The notes under the pieces were generated by a model. It was not told the DNA's origin and ran no database searches. It worked only from the letters and a program-made list of their open reading frames with translations. A stretch of 62,274 nucleotides of DNA, filler included, from Globobulimina sp. (Eukaryota): NCBI GenBank assembly GCA_003354225.1. It is 24 parts of 24 records of this genome, joined end to end, with 100 filler letters (N's around TTAATTAATTAA, not from the genome) between each part and the next. Parts side by side here need not be neighbours in the genome. Positions count along the whole stretch, not along the records: positions 49,392 to 51,888 come from PIVH01006325.1; positions 51,989 to 54,485 come from PIVH01006326.1; positions 54,586 to 57,082 come from PIVH01006327.1; positions 57,183 to 59,678 come from PIVH01006328.1; positions 59,779 to 62,274 come from PIVH01006329.1; 19 more parts are not named here. The stretch is one strand, 5' to 3'. Position 1 is the first letter of the stretch; each line of letters opens with the position of its first letter. Made by a program: the position numbers and the translations under genes. This document shows positions 49,781-60,826 of this stretch, piece by piece.

Positions 49781-51888
49781 ATGAAGGCAAGACAAAGCAG
49801 TAAGGTGTGTCTACGTACATTACTTTAATACTTACGCCAATCCTAACCTCCATGCACCAAACATCATATATATTACAGCCCAGACACAAATTCAGAGTTT
49901 GTCAAATAAATCGATTATATTTTTAGTCTCGCGAACAAAAAAAAAACAAAAACATATACAGTTTACATTAACGGTGCACCACATAATATTTCCTGCAGCA
50001 ATCTCACACAAATTGTCATCCTCCAAATTCTATGTCTTATTAAGCAGAGCGGACAAAAACAGTGAAAGCAAAGTCGGGTCGATCTCGAAAGGCGGCAAAA
50101 TCGAATACAACCAAGAACTGTCCATCCAAGCAACATTGCTCAAAGTTAAAAACAAGAAACAAACACAAAAACAACACAGCTAAGCCGCCGCAAACAACGC
50201 ACACAGAGCCGTTCCACCAATGCCTACCTTTCCAAACATTGTCGAATCGTATTACGCCAATTGAAGCACTCCAACAATCCGCATGCAAAAGTGAGGGAAT
50301 CCTCCGTCGGCTCCATCAAATTCGACTTAGTCGATTACATAAACCGCATCCCATCCGAACAGAAGCTGACTTTCACCAAATGCGCCTTGCAAAATGTCTT
50401 CATTTCCTGCAGCATCAGCAGCAAAGAACTCGCTCTCGAACCAGCCTACGACGACAATATGAGCGTCACCTCCGGCAACACAGTGCGCGTTGACTCGTTC
50501 TGGTTAGACAAAGAATCCTCGCGATCGGAGGAACAAAAGTCGTCGTCGCCAACGCACAACAACGGCTATATAGAAAGCGAAGGGGATCCTGATCCGCCAG
50601 AAGGCGACGCCGCGTCGGATGAGACCATACCCATTGAGCGCAAAGAGAGGGTGCAACTACGCCTCACTGATCAGCATTTGCTGGAATATGGGTCGAATGC
50701 CGGCACCAAGCAAAAGGAGATGGCGTCTTTCCGCATCAAACATGCGATGGATGTGATGGCCAACGAGAACAGTTATATTGACGATTTATATGCGATGTAT
50801 GAGAAACAGCAGAAGGAATTCTACGAAGCGCAGCAAAGAATTGACAGATTGGAGAGGCTTTTGGTGGGAAAGGATGTGGAATTGAAGCATTTCGCAGATG
50901 AGGAGAGGAAATGGAGCGTAGCGATGGTAGCCTGCGAACGCGAGAAAGCTAATTTTGAGGCTTGTACTATCGAATTGAATTTCAAATATCAGCAGCAAAA
51001 GGAGCTGCGCAGGGAATGTAAGAAGGAGCTGTCTGAGATTACGCTGTCGACGAAGCGGATTATTGTCGAGAAGCAACGGATTGAGATGAAGTATAATAAC
51101 TTGATTGCGTCGTTGAGCGCTGATCGCAACCCTTTGTTGAAAGTGCTGTGTAAGTTACAGACAGACTATGATGACTTGGAAGAGTCATTGATACTGCAAC
51201 AGAACAGTTGGCGCGATACGGGCAATATATTGGAGAGCGAGTTGGAAAAAGAAAAGAGGAAGTTTCAGAAAGCAGTGAATGAGCTGAAAAGGTATAAGGT
51301 GAAAAACCATGCGCTGAGGCAAGAAAATGGAAAGTTGTGTCAGAAGATTGAGACATTGCAATGTCAACATGACAATGATAGGATTGATATGCAATTACAA
51401 GAGCAGAAATTGATTGAGATGGAAAATATTAATATTGGAAAAGCTGAAAGTGTACAAATTGTTGGTGATGGGGATGGTGATGCCGATGATGAGGACGGTG
51501 GGGCAATTGATGGAAATGGGAAATTAATTGGAATGGATGTGGTTGGAAAGGAGAAGAAAGAGAGACGAAATAGCAGTGTTATTGCCAATATTAAAAAGTT
51601 TAATACAGCGGCGACCACAATGAATAAAGAGAGGAAAAGAAGGAAATCGGGCAAATTTAAAAGAAAAAGTATTTCGAAAAATAGTTATTTGGAATTGGAG
51701 ACAGAAAATAAAAATAAAATTAAAAACAAAAAAAGAACAAAACCAAAAGCAAAAACAAAAAATGATATTAATAAAACGAATGCGACGAAATTAACAAATG
51801 TGCAAAGTATGACATATAAAATAGATAAAGAAGAAAATGTTATGATTGAACAGGAATTATTATGTAGCTCTTTTTTCTGCTGCAAAAT
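49781..51888 (+). CDS. NT-type C2 (EEIG1/EHBP1-like) domain plus coiled-coil protein (3' partial)
   Basis: The ATG at 49781 is joined by introns to QFTLTVHH...IEYNQELSIQATL...YLSKHC...VGSIKFDLVDY, followed by a long coiled coil. Confidence 0.7.
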
Positions 51889-51988
51889 NNNNNNNNNNNN
51901 NNNNNNNNNNNNNNNNNNNNNNNNNNNNNNNNTTAATTAATTAANNNNNNNNNNNNNNNNNNNNNNNNNNNNNNNNNNNNNNNNNNNN

Positions 51989-53112
51989 AAAAACCAATCT
52001 ACCTTGCATCACTCGATGTAAGAAAAGCATATGATATGGTACCCAGAGACAAAATATTATACAAACTTAAACACCAATTCAACTTACCAGACTCCCTCTG
52101 TCAAATCCTACAAGCAACTTTTTCCCAAACAAAAACAGGAATAAAAACAAATCGACATTTAACACATACCTTTGATATAAAAAAAGGAGTTTTACAAGGA
52201 AGTGTACTTGCACCCATACTATATGGAACATATATTAATGACCTAATCACTGAATTAAATAACAGTAACCTTGGAACACAACTACAAGATGATAATATAT
52301 CTGCAATCGCATATTGTGATGATATAATACTAACTACCGATAACCCACAAAATTTACCCAAATTAATCCAAATATGTGAACAACATAGTAAAAAATGGCA
52401 ATATCGTTTTAATCCAGATAAATGTAAAATAATTAGTCACAACTACAGTGAACCAACAACAATAAACTACACCACACAACAAGCTCAAAAAATACAAAAT
52501 TATTATAACAAACAAACTAAAAAAACAACCAAACTGCAACCAGCACCATCAAGTATCCAACAACTCATCGACAACACAATCATTGGCACTGACATATATA
52601 ATCGACCAAACCAATCATGGGAAATAAAAAACATCCCAGAAATATATAGAACAAAAATCAAAGAACACTTCAAATATCACAAAATTTTAAAAATCCAAAC
52701 CCCCTTTCTAATACAATGGAAGGGAATAAAATACCCAGATTCTATAAAACGAGCATTAACAAGAAATTGCATACTAGGTAACAAACACCTGAAATATGCA
52801 CCACAACTTACATATCTTGGAATTAAACTACATAATCAAGATCCTCATTGTATTATCTCTGATCATCTTACAACTCAAAAATTCTGTAACAAATTATTTT
52901 CTAAAGAAAACCATATGAAAAAACTCCCAATTAATTATTCAACTCTCCTACTACATCCAAGAATCCATCTAACAAAATCAATTTTAACTGCATATACAGA
53001 AGTATTTGCTCAAGTTCTCACCATGAGAGATAAATCAAAAATAAATAATATTTCTCACAACCCTATAGCAAAGTTAATTTCGTTGCAAATCGTTTCTCAG
53101 ATAATTGAATAA
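51989..53112 (+). mobile_element. Non-LTR retrotransposon reverse transcriptase fragment
   Basis: LDVRKAYDMV, GVLQGSVLAPILY, AYCDD, FNPDKCK and YLG. Confidence 0.93.
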
Positions 53113-53203
53113 AACGTATACAACTTATCTACCAGGTGTTATCTTTTTGAATATATCGTTTAACGATAAGTTGTATACATTTAATTCAATTATCTGAGAA
53201 ACG
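53091..53203. repeat. 39-bp inverted repeat (2 mismatches) around a 35-bp loop
   Basis: 53091-53129 CGTTTCTCAGATAATTGAATAAAACGTATACAACTTATC pairs with 53165-53203. Confidence 0.85.
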
Positions 53204-53500
53204 CTTTCCAAATTCCGAAACGGTTTGGTATATGTTTGCCTTGGGTTTGTTCTGTGTTTGTTATAACTTTGTCTTGGGTTTGCAAATCCAGAACAAATAA
53301 TTTTCGGATACAAAGGGGGGGGGTATCTTTTAGAATATATCGTTTAGTGAGGTTTGAGTGATTTCCAAGTAAATTACACAGAAAACATTCAACAACCGCA
53401 CACAAATAATTAAAACAGAAGCACACACACAAATTCAAAAAATATACATTCAACATTATCATAACATGTACAATGGGAAACACTATGAACGTTAACCACT

Positions 53501-54111
53501 TCATTGACGTGTTAGTTGATCATTACCAGCAGTGGTTCCTTGCGGCGTAATGTCATTATTTGGTTGGTATAAATCTTCACCATCACTGTCGTTACCATTA
53601 CCCACTGAACTTATAGCGTTACTATCATCACTCAATGATTTAATATTATCCATGGCCAATACACCTGATGTTACATAAAAAGCATTATCTATGTCATCAA
53701 TGTTACTGACATTGATGACATGCGGAGCCAACTCAATATTATTTAATATATTTTTGGTTGCTGTGTTTTTATTTTGTTTTTGTTTTTGAATAAATACAGA
53801 TACTGTTATAACACAGGGAATTAATATCAGTAAAATACAAATAATTATGATAACCAATGTTAAAGAGGCTCTGGGTTGTTTTGTGAATGGGATCGTATAT
53901 CAAATGACGTGGTTGTTGAAACTTCATCAGATACTTCCTCTAAAATATTAATATAACAATTTTCACACAAATATTCACAAAAATTATATTTAGAATCGGA
54001 GATAATTAGCATACCTTCATTAGTGGTCGGAATTGCTGTATTTGGAAAATCTGTTGCTGGAATGTGCGTACGTGGCAACACACAAAAAGAATCAAAAACA
54101 ATATATAACAA
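53501..54111 (-). CDS. C-terminal part of a single-pass membrane protein
   Basis: TM VIIIICILLILIPCVITVSVFI followed by QKQKQNK and an acidic tail. The exon structure is unclear. Confidence 0.45.
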
Positions 54112-54588
54112 AGTGAAAAATTGTAGAAAAATAAAATATTAAATAAATAAAACAATTATATTATTATTATAGATTGGTGGCAATAAACTAATTCCATTCA
54201 TGATGCATTCGTAAATAAGAATTAATATTTTTAGAATATTTATTAACAAATTGGATTTTGTGATGTTTAAGATGCTCAGGAATGAATTTTAAGGCACGGC
54301 GATAAGTATTTTGTATTCCCGTCGTGTCATAAATGCGATCATGGAGAGATATCTGACTGTTAACTGTCAGATCGATAAAAAACAAAACAATAAATTTAAA
54401 TTATGATGATGGGCATGCACTAGCTCCTCATGATGGATTATTATGAACTGTGCCATCATCATAATAATCCAAAAATTTCCCTTCCNNNNNNNNNNNNNNN
54501 NNNNNNNNNNNNNNNNNNNNNNNNNNNNNTTAATTAATTAANNNNNNNNNNNNNNNNNNNNNNNNNNNNNNNNNNNNNNNNNNNNAAT

Positions 54589-57082
54589 TCATCCGCAAGT
54601 AAAGACTTTGCCGTTGTTGGTGCCGATAATAACCAAATGCATGTTTTCCAAGATGGACAATGAGGACAAGGAAGACTTGGTTTTGAGCGAGGGGAAGGAG
54701 CGAGTGATCATCTTCGAGTTGTAGGTGCGCGCAAAGTTGCGGTTCGACTGCGTTTGCGTGAATATCGTCGGCTCTTTCAGGATTTGAGTGGGCGTCTTCA
54801 GCTTTGCGTAGCCAATGCCTTTGCCGATGGAGCAGATTATGTTCGATTTATACAGTCCAAAATCGGTAATCTTATATTGCGACAGATTCGTTTTGATGGT
54901 TTTCAGCGACTTTGCATCAAATTTGTTCGGCTCATATCGCGCAATAATTTGTGGCGGATTGTTGAACAAAAATGGCTGCGATATAATCGGCGTAAACGGC
55001 AACAAATTGTTGCAATTTGAGATTTCGTCATTAATCGACGAAGAAATTTGATATTTGTCATATTTGTCGACATCGCCATCGACAACCATTTTTTTATTCT
55101 TTTTCGGGCCGCCATTGTGCAAATTGTCCGTTTGCGTGCTTTTAATTTTCATGCCCGAAGAAGCGATGCAATTATTATTGTTAATGTAGCTGTGATACGC
55201 TCGGATATGTTCCGTGTAACGCGAATAATCATCAATGTCGCCATTAAAGTTGGGATTCAATAACAAAGTGCGAATCGCCACATCTTTCTGCCGGATTTTG
55301 TGCTTTTTGTTCAAAATGCAAGTCTCGAAATAACTGTCGCCATTAAACAAATAGTTGTCTTTGTTTTTGATGTCGTCGTCCTCCATCTCAATGACAACCA
55401 GATCTTCCTCCTCCTCCTTCTCCTCCTTCTTATCCGTGCTCGCATCGCCAATCTCGATCAGTTTCGCACTGATTTGTTGGTGCAACTTGTTCTTTTCCGA
55501 CAGCAGCTCGTCTTTCTCATTGTTATTATTCTCGCCGTCTGCACTTTTGATGCTCACCAACTTGGATTTCTTGCTTTTTTTGTGCATCTTCTGGTCCTCC
55601 AACAAAAACAACTTCTCCTTCGGATACTTTTCAAACTTGGAACAAGACTCCAAATACAGCCGCGAGATCTGATTGCAATTAAAAACAAACAAACCTTCGT
55701 CGCGGCACAGTGCAATCAGAATGTTGTCGTTGCTCCAGTACAATTTCGTGATTTCGGAGTGAAACTCGTGGAAAGACTCCACGATGAAACCGTTGCGCAA
55801 GTCCAAAATCACAATTTGTCCGTCCGACAGACCCACGGCGACTTCGCGCTGATTGTTGCGCACTGCGATGGCGCTCACTCGCCGTGCATGCGAATGGTAG
55901 CCGCCATGCGACATATTCTGCGAAGAAGTGCTGTCGTACACCGTCGGGTTGTTGTAATTGTAGTTGCTGTCTTCGTGCTTCTTGAGATTCAGTTTGTTGT
56001 GCGGCAAAATCTCCCAATCGTACGAACAAGATCGCGTATTAATGTCCAGAAACTCGACGCGGCCCTTTTGATTCCCCGCCAACAGACAGCAATAATTGAA
56101 GGGCGTCATACACGTATATTTGTCGAACATCTTGCTGTGAGAATGCATGTGCACATTCGCGTTGTTGTGCGGCTGCGACGCCGCCAAATCGTTCATTGAC
56201 TGCGAGTGTTTGTGGTGGTGATGGTGATGGTCACGGTGGTGTTTCTTCGCTGCTTTCGGCTGTTTGGAGGACGAATGCGGCGTAAACTTGCGGATAGTTT
56301 CGCATTTGGCCGAATCCCAAACATGAATCTCGCCGCAACACGACGCGATTTGGTCCGTGTACTTCAGGAAAGAGATGTTTTTGATGGCGCCCAAATGCTG
56401 CGTATACTGCGTCAAATCGCGCAGTTTGGAATATTCCACGCGCCACATTCGGATATTGCCCTCGCTGCCTCCCGTCAGCACCAAATTGGCATTCTTCTTG
56501 CTTTCAATGGTTAGGATGCGAGTCGATGGCTGGTGGCCTTGTATAATGTGATGGATATTGGCTTTGAACTGCCACTGTTTGTGGGGCTGCGAGTTGGTGT
56601 CCGCTTGCATCGAATGACTGTGGCTGTGACTTTGACTTTGTTCATCATCCGTGCTGTCAACAATATTCTCGCCCGACTCACTCGAGTCAGCGCCGCCCAA
56701 TTCATCCAACTCTGCCTCATTCGGCGCCGTATTGCCCAGTTTATTGGGCGATATTTGTTGCGATATTTGCTGCGAATTGTTCTTGTCTTGGATTTGTTGA
56801 TAAAAATAAATGAGGATAGTATTAGTATTAGTGGTTGGTTGGTTGCAATATTAATTCGGATATTCATTCTCAACCAATTCAGACGACAGTGTCTCGTGTG
56901 TACAAAATATAAATACCGTTTAAACTCAATGGCCAAATTAAATTCATAAAAAAACAAACCGTACTTTGGAGAGTATTTGAGCTGACATGCAGTCACATTT
57001 CAGAGTCGCTAAAGCTTAAAGTTTTTGGCATTCGACAAAAATTAACATAAAACTTAACATTGCGGAATATAGCTCGTAAGCA
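54589..57082 (-). CDS. WDR81: WD40 protein resembling the C-terminus of WDR81/GFS12 (5' partial)
   Basis: WQFKANIHHIIQGH, YTQHLGAIKNISFL...IASCCGEIHVWDS, and terminal LSSLSILENMHLVIIGTNNGKVFTCG. Confidence 0.6.
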
Positions 57083-57182
57083 NNNNNNNNNNNNNNNNNN
57101 NNNNNNNNNNNNNNNNNNNNNNNNNNTTAATTAATTAANNNNNNNNNNNNNNNNNNNNNNNNNNNNNNNNNNNNNNNNNNNN

Positions 57183-57560
57183 ATGGAGAGGTTTGACATT
57201 TAAGTCATTGGTTAATACGTTTGGGTCAATGTCGTTTAATAACATGGTGCCATCAATGGTGGAGGCATAGAATATGTTGACATAGTCTTGTAAGCCGAGA
57301 GTAGTTAACCAGTAACACACTTCGTTGACAGTCCATTGGGCGGCGCGTGATTTTTTAGCAAAGTCTGGATTGGCGGCGTCGTTTTGTAGGACAGATAATA
57401 ATTGGTCTTGCTGTTCGGTTTCATCTCTGAAGGTGCTGATTAATGAGGTTAAGGCATTGGCCATGTCTCGTTTCGATTCTGTCGTTTTCAAATATGGTGT
57501 TGGTCCGTTCGTTTCTTCATTTGATTCTTCTTGTGAAGCAGGACTGGTTTCGTCTGCCAT
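57183..57560 (-). CDS. SAM-domain protein (3' partial)
   Basis: QWTVNEVCYWLTTLGLQDYVNIFYASTIDGTMLL. Confidence 0.85.
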
Positions 57561-57820
57561 GCTCAAACAAAGGCTGTTTTAAAAAAACATTCTTCAAAAC
57601 TTTAAGAAATCCGAAAGATTTTTGTACATGGTTTTATTCATTCATCTCAATTATTAATGAACACGTATATTCCAAACGGGATTAGTATTCTCATTCTATG
57701 TTATTACAATCGAATGGATGGAAGTCATGGAACTATCATTTAATTGGAGAATATATGATTATTAAATACAACAAAGAGATCTTATATATATCACTTTTGT
57801 TGCATGCAATAAGTACAATA

Positions 57821-58744
57821 TCACTGAGATGCAGTTTGCCAAACTTTTAGTACTTCTTGTAGTTCACCACCATTTTGATAAGGATCAACATCATGAATTT
57901 TGACTAATAATGCTTGCAATACAATTGTTTTAGAATCTTTTGCTAAAAATTGTGTTTCATTTTTATCGATTAATCCCCCATATAATACATCAAAATCATC
58001 TCTACCCAGTACAGATGTTGTGGCTTTTCCTTCACTTCCAACTAGTTCCAAGTTCTGACACCGTTTTTGGGTCTTGTCGAACTAACCAAATTGTTTGAAC
58101 CCATTTATTTCTCCATCGACAAGGCTTTGCATATAACTGTGCATATAATGGTATTTTCGTCGTATATACACCGTTTCCAAATACATTACCATTTGCTTGA
58201 TTGACTCGTTTTCCATTTGATAAAACAGAACCTAATTATTATAAATTGTTTGCTATGTCACAGTCACACAACACAACACAAGACGAAAAAGACGAAATGT
58301 ATATTAATCATAAACACCTGATGCTACCAACCCATTTTTATAAATGCTTGCTACATTTTTGACTGCTGTGCCATGATATGCATATTGAAAATTATAATTG
58401 TTAAAATATTTCTTTTTCAATACAAATTTACTGCAATTTGACGGTCTTAAATATCTGTGACCACCACGTTCTTCAATATGACACCAATTTCTTTTATAAT
58501 AACAATCATCAGAATGACTATATTCATTTGCAGGAATAAATCGATTTTCTTTAATAAATTCCAGGGCTAATTGATGCTTTACAACCTTGTTCAAGTTATG
58601 TGATCCATAAACATATCCTTCGTTGTTTGATTTCCAAACATTTGAGGGAATATTTTTCGATTTTAATCTGATGCCAGAATGAGCACTATCGCCGTATCCA
58701 TTCACTTTTGCGTCATCAATCACTGAATTTGGTTTCCAAGCCAT
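57821..58744 (-). pseudogene. ADP-ribosyltransferase-fold protein (NEURL4/PARP-like HGT motif) disrupted by a 10-bp insertion
   Basis: AYHGTAVKNVASIYKNGL, intron 58317..58232, FGNGVYTT..YAQLYA, VQTIWLVRQDP and NETQF...LQALLVK. The frame breaks at 58036-58051. Confidence 0.65.
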
Positions 58745-58819
58745 ATTTGATGTCAGTTGAATGAATATTGTTATCTTTTTGAAAGGAAAGTTTTTTATAC
58801 TAGCTTTGTGATCTGTGTA

Positions 58820-59570
58820 ATGGCTGAACAAGATAAAAAAACAGAGGAGAAATCAGATGGAATGTGTACAGTTTACTATCATAAATATTTTGGTGGGCGA
58901 GGTACTTTGGTGCGTTTAGCATTGGCGATTGCAGGAATTAAATACAGTGAAGGTTCTGCAGAAGATGGTGCAAAAAGTAAAGGTGCTGATAATGCCAATG
59001 GTTATCCAAATTTTGCGTACCCGATTGTAAAAATTGACGGTGTTTTACTATCACAATCAGCTGCTATTTGTGCCTATGTTTTAGCAAAAGGTGGCTGTGG
59101 ACCAAAAGATTTAATGCAACAAACACAAGCAATGCAAGGTATAAATATACGTTTTTCATTTGTGTATAACTGCATAACCAAAAATGTCATAATTAGTTGC
59201 ATTGACTGCCGCCGATTTATGGGCTGGATTTTTTGGGAAATATGGAGCCGACGTTCCATCCGATTGGATTAAATCGAGAGGTTACAGTTTTTTAGCTGTG
59301 CTGGAAAATCAATTGAAACAAAATAATGGAGGTAAAAGTTTTTATTTTGGTGACGCTCCATGTATTGCCGATATTTTTGTTGCTGATTTTTTGCGTAGAT
59401 TTAAATTTATTAAACCAGATTTGTACAAAGAATGCGGATTTGATTTATTGAAGGCATTTCTACCGCGGTTTGAAACATATCCGACAGTTAAAGCATTTTT
59501 GGAATCAGATGGTTATAAATCAACTGTTGGTAAAGCCACGGAAGGGAAGATGGGATATCTTGCATTATAA
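58820..59570 (+). CDS. Glutathione S-transferase
   Basis: YFGGRGTLVRLAL, YPIVKIDGVLLSQSAAI, intron 59139-59196 and FYFGDAPCIADIF. Confidence 0.9.
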
Positions 59571-59778
59571 TATGACATAAATTTGTATATACATTAATTT
59601 TGTAAATTTTCTGGTTTTAATTTTGCAAAAACCTCGCTAAAAAACTTTCAATTTAAAATATTTTACAGGTCATATTGANNNNNNNNNNNNNNNNNNNNNN
59701 NNNNNNNNNNNNNNNNNNNNNNTTAATTAATTAANNNNNNNNNNNNNNNNNNNNNNNNNNNNNNNNNNNNNNNNNNNN

Positions 59779-60792
59779 TCACACAACGGATATCGCAAAA
59801 TGCCACACTCGCTATTCACTCGATAATTATCTCTAATTAACACAAATAAAAACTCTCTATTCAAATATTTGGATGTATAGAGTTGCCATACCTCACTAAA
59901 TTATGTAATATATAAAATTCTAAGTGTTGAATGAATGAATTCGAACTGCAATGTTTCAAATGAATAATTTGTGAATCTTGTGTAATTTTGCATATATTTC
60001 CTGTGAGTTTGTTGATAAAAGTTAAACAGGGAATTGTTATCAGACGATCCCGTGTCGGTATTCCAGCACAATATAACCATAAATCAGCTATATTTGCATT
60101 GTCATATACATCACGCACTTGTTTTGTATATCTGATGGATTCACAGATTGATAATAAATGTCCTGATGATGCTTTATTATAAAATGAATAATATCCATAC
60201 ATTCCCATTCGTGATAACTTACGGTTTTGTCCATTGCAACATTCTCCTAAAAATATTAAATACGCTGTTAAATGTTTGTAATTGTTATGTTGCCGCATAT
60301 CTTTATCACAAACAATTTGCTTAAATCTGTGCATCTCCTCATTTGTGGCTGGTTTATTAAATGTTGTCAGCATTTGCGGCAAATGCATTTCAATCCATTT
60401 CTTAAATTCAGCCCAACAAAGAATGACTCGTTTATAATATTTAATGCTGTCATGTCCTTAAATACAGACAAAATTTGCAAAATGCGTTTTAAATCTGTTG
60501 GGGGTTTTGTTATTTTCATCATCACCGATATCTGCATTGAAAAATGTATTACATTGCTGTTCCCAAACTGGTGCTTGATTTATCAATGTGTTTGCTTCTT
60601 TGCTGTAAACAAAAGTATCAATTAAGTTAATAATTATTTTAAAAATACGCATGCTAATTTTAAAAAAGCAACGTACCTAATAATGGATATTGCTGCGATA
60701 TCATGGTATGTCATGAATTCCGAAATAATAAACCATGCGTCAGATAAAGCAAGTATAGATGTTGGTGCATTGTCAGGAACTTCAGTTGCCAT
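59779..60792 (-). pseudogene. F-box + SMI1/KNR4 protein (FBXO3/SKIP16-like) with an in-frame TAA at 60458-60460; 3' partial
   Basis: F-box-like AWFIISEFM...SKEANTLINQAPVW, then KRVILCWAEFKKWIEMHLP and CNGQ...MYGYYSFY. ORFs 60458-60652 and 59861-60388 share a frame. Confidence 0.6.
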
Positions 60793-60826
60793 AACTTACA
60801 AAACCTTTTTTTTTAATTTGTGAAGC

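Noticed and set aside
23405-53112. The three LINE contigs as parts of one element copy
   Set aside because: The two RT-bearing contigs overlap in protein position yet differ strongly, so they are distinct subfamilies. The link to the APE contig cannot be shown.
55300-56199. 299-aa antisense ORF, and similar ones at 37807-38391 and 5621-6025
   Set aside because: These are shadow frames opposite real genes with biased codon usage and have no recognisable motifs.
2502-59778. Regularly spaced identical TTAATTAATTAA motif every ~2.6 kb, suggesting a repeat array or nanochromosome boundaries
   Set aside because: It is always embedded in fixed N runs and is an artificial six-frame stop linker. Genes are cut at the contig ends and no telomere repeats are present.
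60458-60460. TAA reassigned to an amino acid (alternative genetic code)
   Set aside because: TAA correctly ends conserved proteins here (ATM FATC, the SKL ligase, GST), and long ORFs lack internal TAA/TAG.
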